Virus record (IMG/VR): IMGVR_UViG_2847502069_000001
Coordinates: 5,495-69,494 of that record
Length of the DNA stretch: 64,000 nucleotides
Origin: a virus
Reading direction: 5' to 3' (one strand)
Shown here: piece after piece, positions 62,459 to 64,000 of the stretch
Layout of the letters: each line of letters begins with the position of its first letter
How positions within the stretch are numbered: the stretch's first letter is position 1
Position numbers and translations under genes: made by a program
The notes under the pieces: model-generated
The model's database searches: none
What the model was told of the DNA's origin: nothing
Seen by the model: only the letters and a program-made list of their open reading frames with translations

Positions 62459-62461
62459 GAA

Positions 62462-63820
62462 ATGGTAAGACAATATAGAATACATACAGACCTAGATGGG
62501 TCTAATAATAAAATATATGATATGACTAATGGTCTTATTAGGTTTTACCAGCCTAGTGACCTAGGAATTATCAATAGTACAAATATTTGGCAAAGTCAGG
62601 GGATTGGGGTTATGGGAAATAACAATATTTCTCATCCTGATATTGATTTTAAGTTTGAGACTTTCGGAAGTAGCTTAGAAGAAAACTACAGAATTTTTAA
62701 TGAGTTTATCAATAGTATTATCAAACAAAAATATATCACTTTAGAATATACCAATGAAATTGGTACTTTCTATGCAGATATTCAACTTTCTAAAATCACT
62801 AAAACAGAGGGATATGGATTTGATGGACAGTTCTCAGAAACAATTTCATTTATACCAGTAAATATGTGGTATCAGTATGAACAATTGAAATTTTCTAAGG
62901 TTCAAAATGGTGAAATTGGTGGTAATACTAAGATTTATGGAAATAAAGAAACGACTGTTTATCCGAATTTGAATTTGTTAGATGGTACTAAAGATTTTAG
63001 CGGGACTTGGAACAATTCAACACTTTGGACTGATGACGGTACATATAACGGCTTGAAGGTAAGAAAACGAACAGCAGCACAAAGAGGTACTTATAAAATC
63101 TGGACTGTTCCAACTGACGGAACATATACTTTTTCATGTTACATTAAGAGTTCCGGTCCTAACGCTAAGGTACACGGTGCGTTTCAAGTTAATGGTATTC
63201 GTGAGGTTGATAGAACCTTTGGAGATAATTTTGATTGGAAACGTGATTCGCTTACTAGAACGTTAAAAGCTGGTGATTCTATTGTTTATAGCTATGAAAT
63301 GGCTGGAAGTGCTGTTGATTCAACCATTTGGGTAGCAGGATATAAAATTGAATCAGGCTCAATCGCCACTCCTTGGATGCCAAGTAAGAGTGAAGTAAAA
63401 ACATCTGACTATAGAAATTATGGAAGCTATAAATATGATTACACTTATTTTGGTGAAGATAATATTGAACGTTTCTCAAAATGGAAAATTGATGATGGTA
63501 TCTTTAGCTTCACAGCTCGTATGACACCAAGCCAAAACTTGGAAAATATGAGTGACTACGGTGTAAGATTCTTAGATGAACAATTTAATGAATACACAGC
63601 CCTCATCTTTGGTAATACAACCAAACCAGATTCAATTCAATTTAACACAGATGTTAATGATGAATACTATCAAGCTCAAATTGGTACAAGTACAATTAAC
63701 ATGTTTTCGGCTTTGAATTATAAAAGATTTAGAACACGGCTTATTCAAAAAGGAACAATGGAACTTGTAAATGTTGATGTAGTAGAAATGAATGTTAAAA
63801 GAAAGGTGGAATTTGTCTAA
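62462..63820 (+). CDS. Evolved Dit, Skunavirus-like, with inserted carbohydrate-binding module
   Basis: MVRQY.IHT.LDG...FETFG.SLEENY and KRKVEFV ends; YPNLNLL...GSIATPWMPS insert. Confidence 0.9.
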   Translation: MVRQYRIHTDLDGSNNKIYDMTNGLIRFYQPSDLGIINSTNIWQSQGIGVMGNNNISHPDIDFKFETFGSSLEENYRIFNEFINSIIKQKYITLEYTNEIGTFYADIQLSKITKTEGYGFDGQFSETISFIPVNMWYQYEQLKFSKVQNGEIGGNTKIYGNKETTVYPNLNLLDGTKDFSGTWNNSTLWTDDGTYNGLKVRKRTAAQRGTYKIWTVPTDGTYTFSCYIKSSGPNAKVHGAFQVNGIREVDRTFGDNFDWKRDSLTRTLKAGDSIVYSYEMAGSAVDSTIWVAGYKIESGSIATPWMPSKSEVKTSDYRNYGSYKYDYTYFGEDNIERFSKWKIDDGIFSFTARMTPSQNLENMSDYGVRFLDEQFNEYTALIFGNTTKPDSIQFNTDVNDEYYQAQIGTSTINMFSALNYKRFRTRLIQKGTMELVNVDVVEMNVKRKVEFV

Positions 63821-64000
63821 TGCTTGAATATAACTTATATGATAATTTTAACCCTAATATTTATTCTTTCGCAACTCACGCAGAAGCAAGTAATGCTCCA
63901 AAACTTCCTAATCCTAAAGCTCGTGGGGTTATTATGAACTATGAGTTATGGCAAACAGGATACAAATACACTAGCTCAGGAACTATTTCAACTGATGTTG
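63820..64000 (+). CDS. Tal / baseplate hub (p2 ORF16-like), 5' part only
   Basis: ATG overlapping the Dit stop; MLEYNLYDNFNPN...PNPKAR...NYELWQTGYKYTSS; not in ORF track. Confidence 0.85.
   Translation, partial: MLEYNLYDNFNPNIYSFATHAEASNAPKLPNPKARGVIMNYELWQTGYKYTSSGTISTDV

Larger units (their letters stand above)
41616..64000 (+). mobile_element. Prophage 2: integrase-bearing element with Skunavirus(936)-like morphogenesis genes; right end outside window
   Basis: Integrase directly after a core gene; terS-terL-HNH-portal-protease-MCP-neck-MTP-chaperone-TMP-Dit-Tal in 936-group order. Confidence 0.9.

Noticed and set aside
1-64000. Reverse transcriptase, retron, DGR, group II intron, cas or methyltransferase genes
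   Set aside because: No YxDD, Cas or MTase motifs seen in any listed or manually read ORF

Overview
Low-GC Lactococcus lactis chromosomal window with three parts. (1) 1-~32690: most of a cos-type P335-group prophage (BK5-T/4268/bIL286-like layout) whose left end lies outside the window. It runs cro/antirepressor, SSB and replication initiator, late activator, HNH-terS-terL-portal-ClpP protease-HK97 capsid, tail, evolved Dit, Tal-RBP, two holin-like genes and an Amidase_5 lysin, and ends at an attR that duplicates the 3' end of rplS. It is unusually rich in non-coding cassettes: a 7-unit minus-strand promoter-GACC-variable-terminator small-RNA array (7.3-8.1 kb), a ~770-nt tRNA-Lys/T-loop-rich insert between terL and portal, about nine promoter-terminator mini-cassettes after the lysin, an anticodon-less tRNA and a lone Ser/Thr kinase. 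(2) ~32700-41615: core chromosome (GT2 glycosyltransferase, HdeD-like protein, pnuC, UspA, HU-like pseudogene, TetR, yjaE, DUF59). (3) ~41650 to beyond 64000: a second integrated element with a tyrosine integrase, a nuclease-like cargo gene, an integrase remnant, an ori-like repeat block, IS981, an HNH homing endonuclease, a lipoprotein and a sigma-region-4-like regulator. Its packaging/head/tail module is gene-for-gene like that of the strictly lytic Skunavirus (936-group) phages. Several single-base deletions in homopolymer runs suggest long-read assembly errors. All family assignments are by motif recognition and recall, not by database search.
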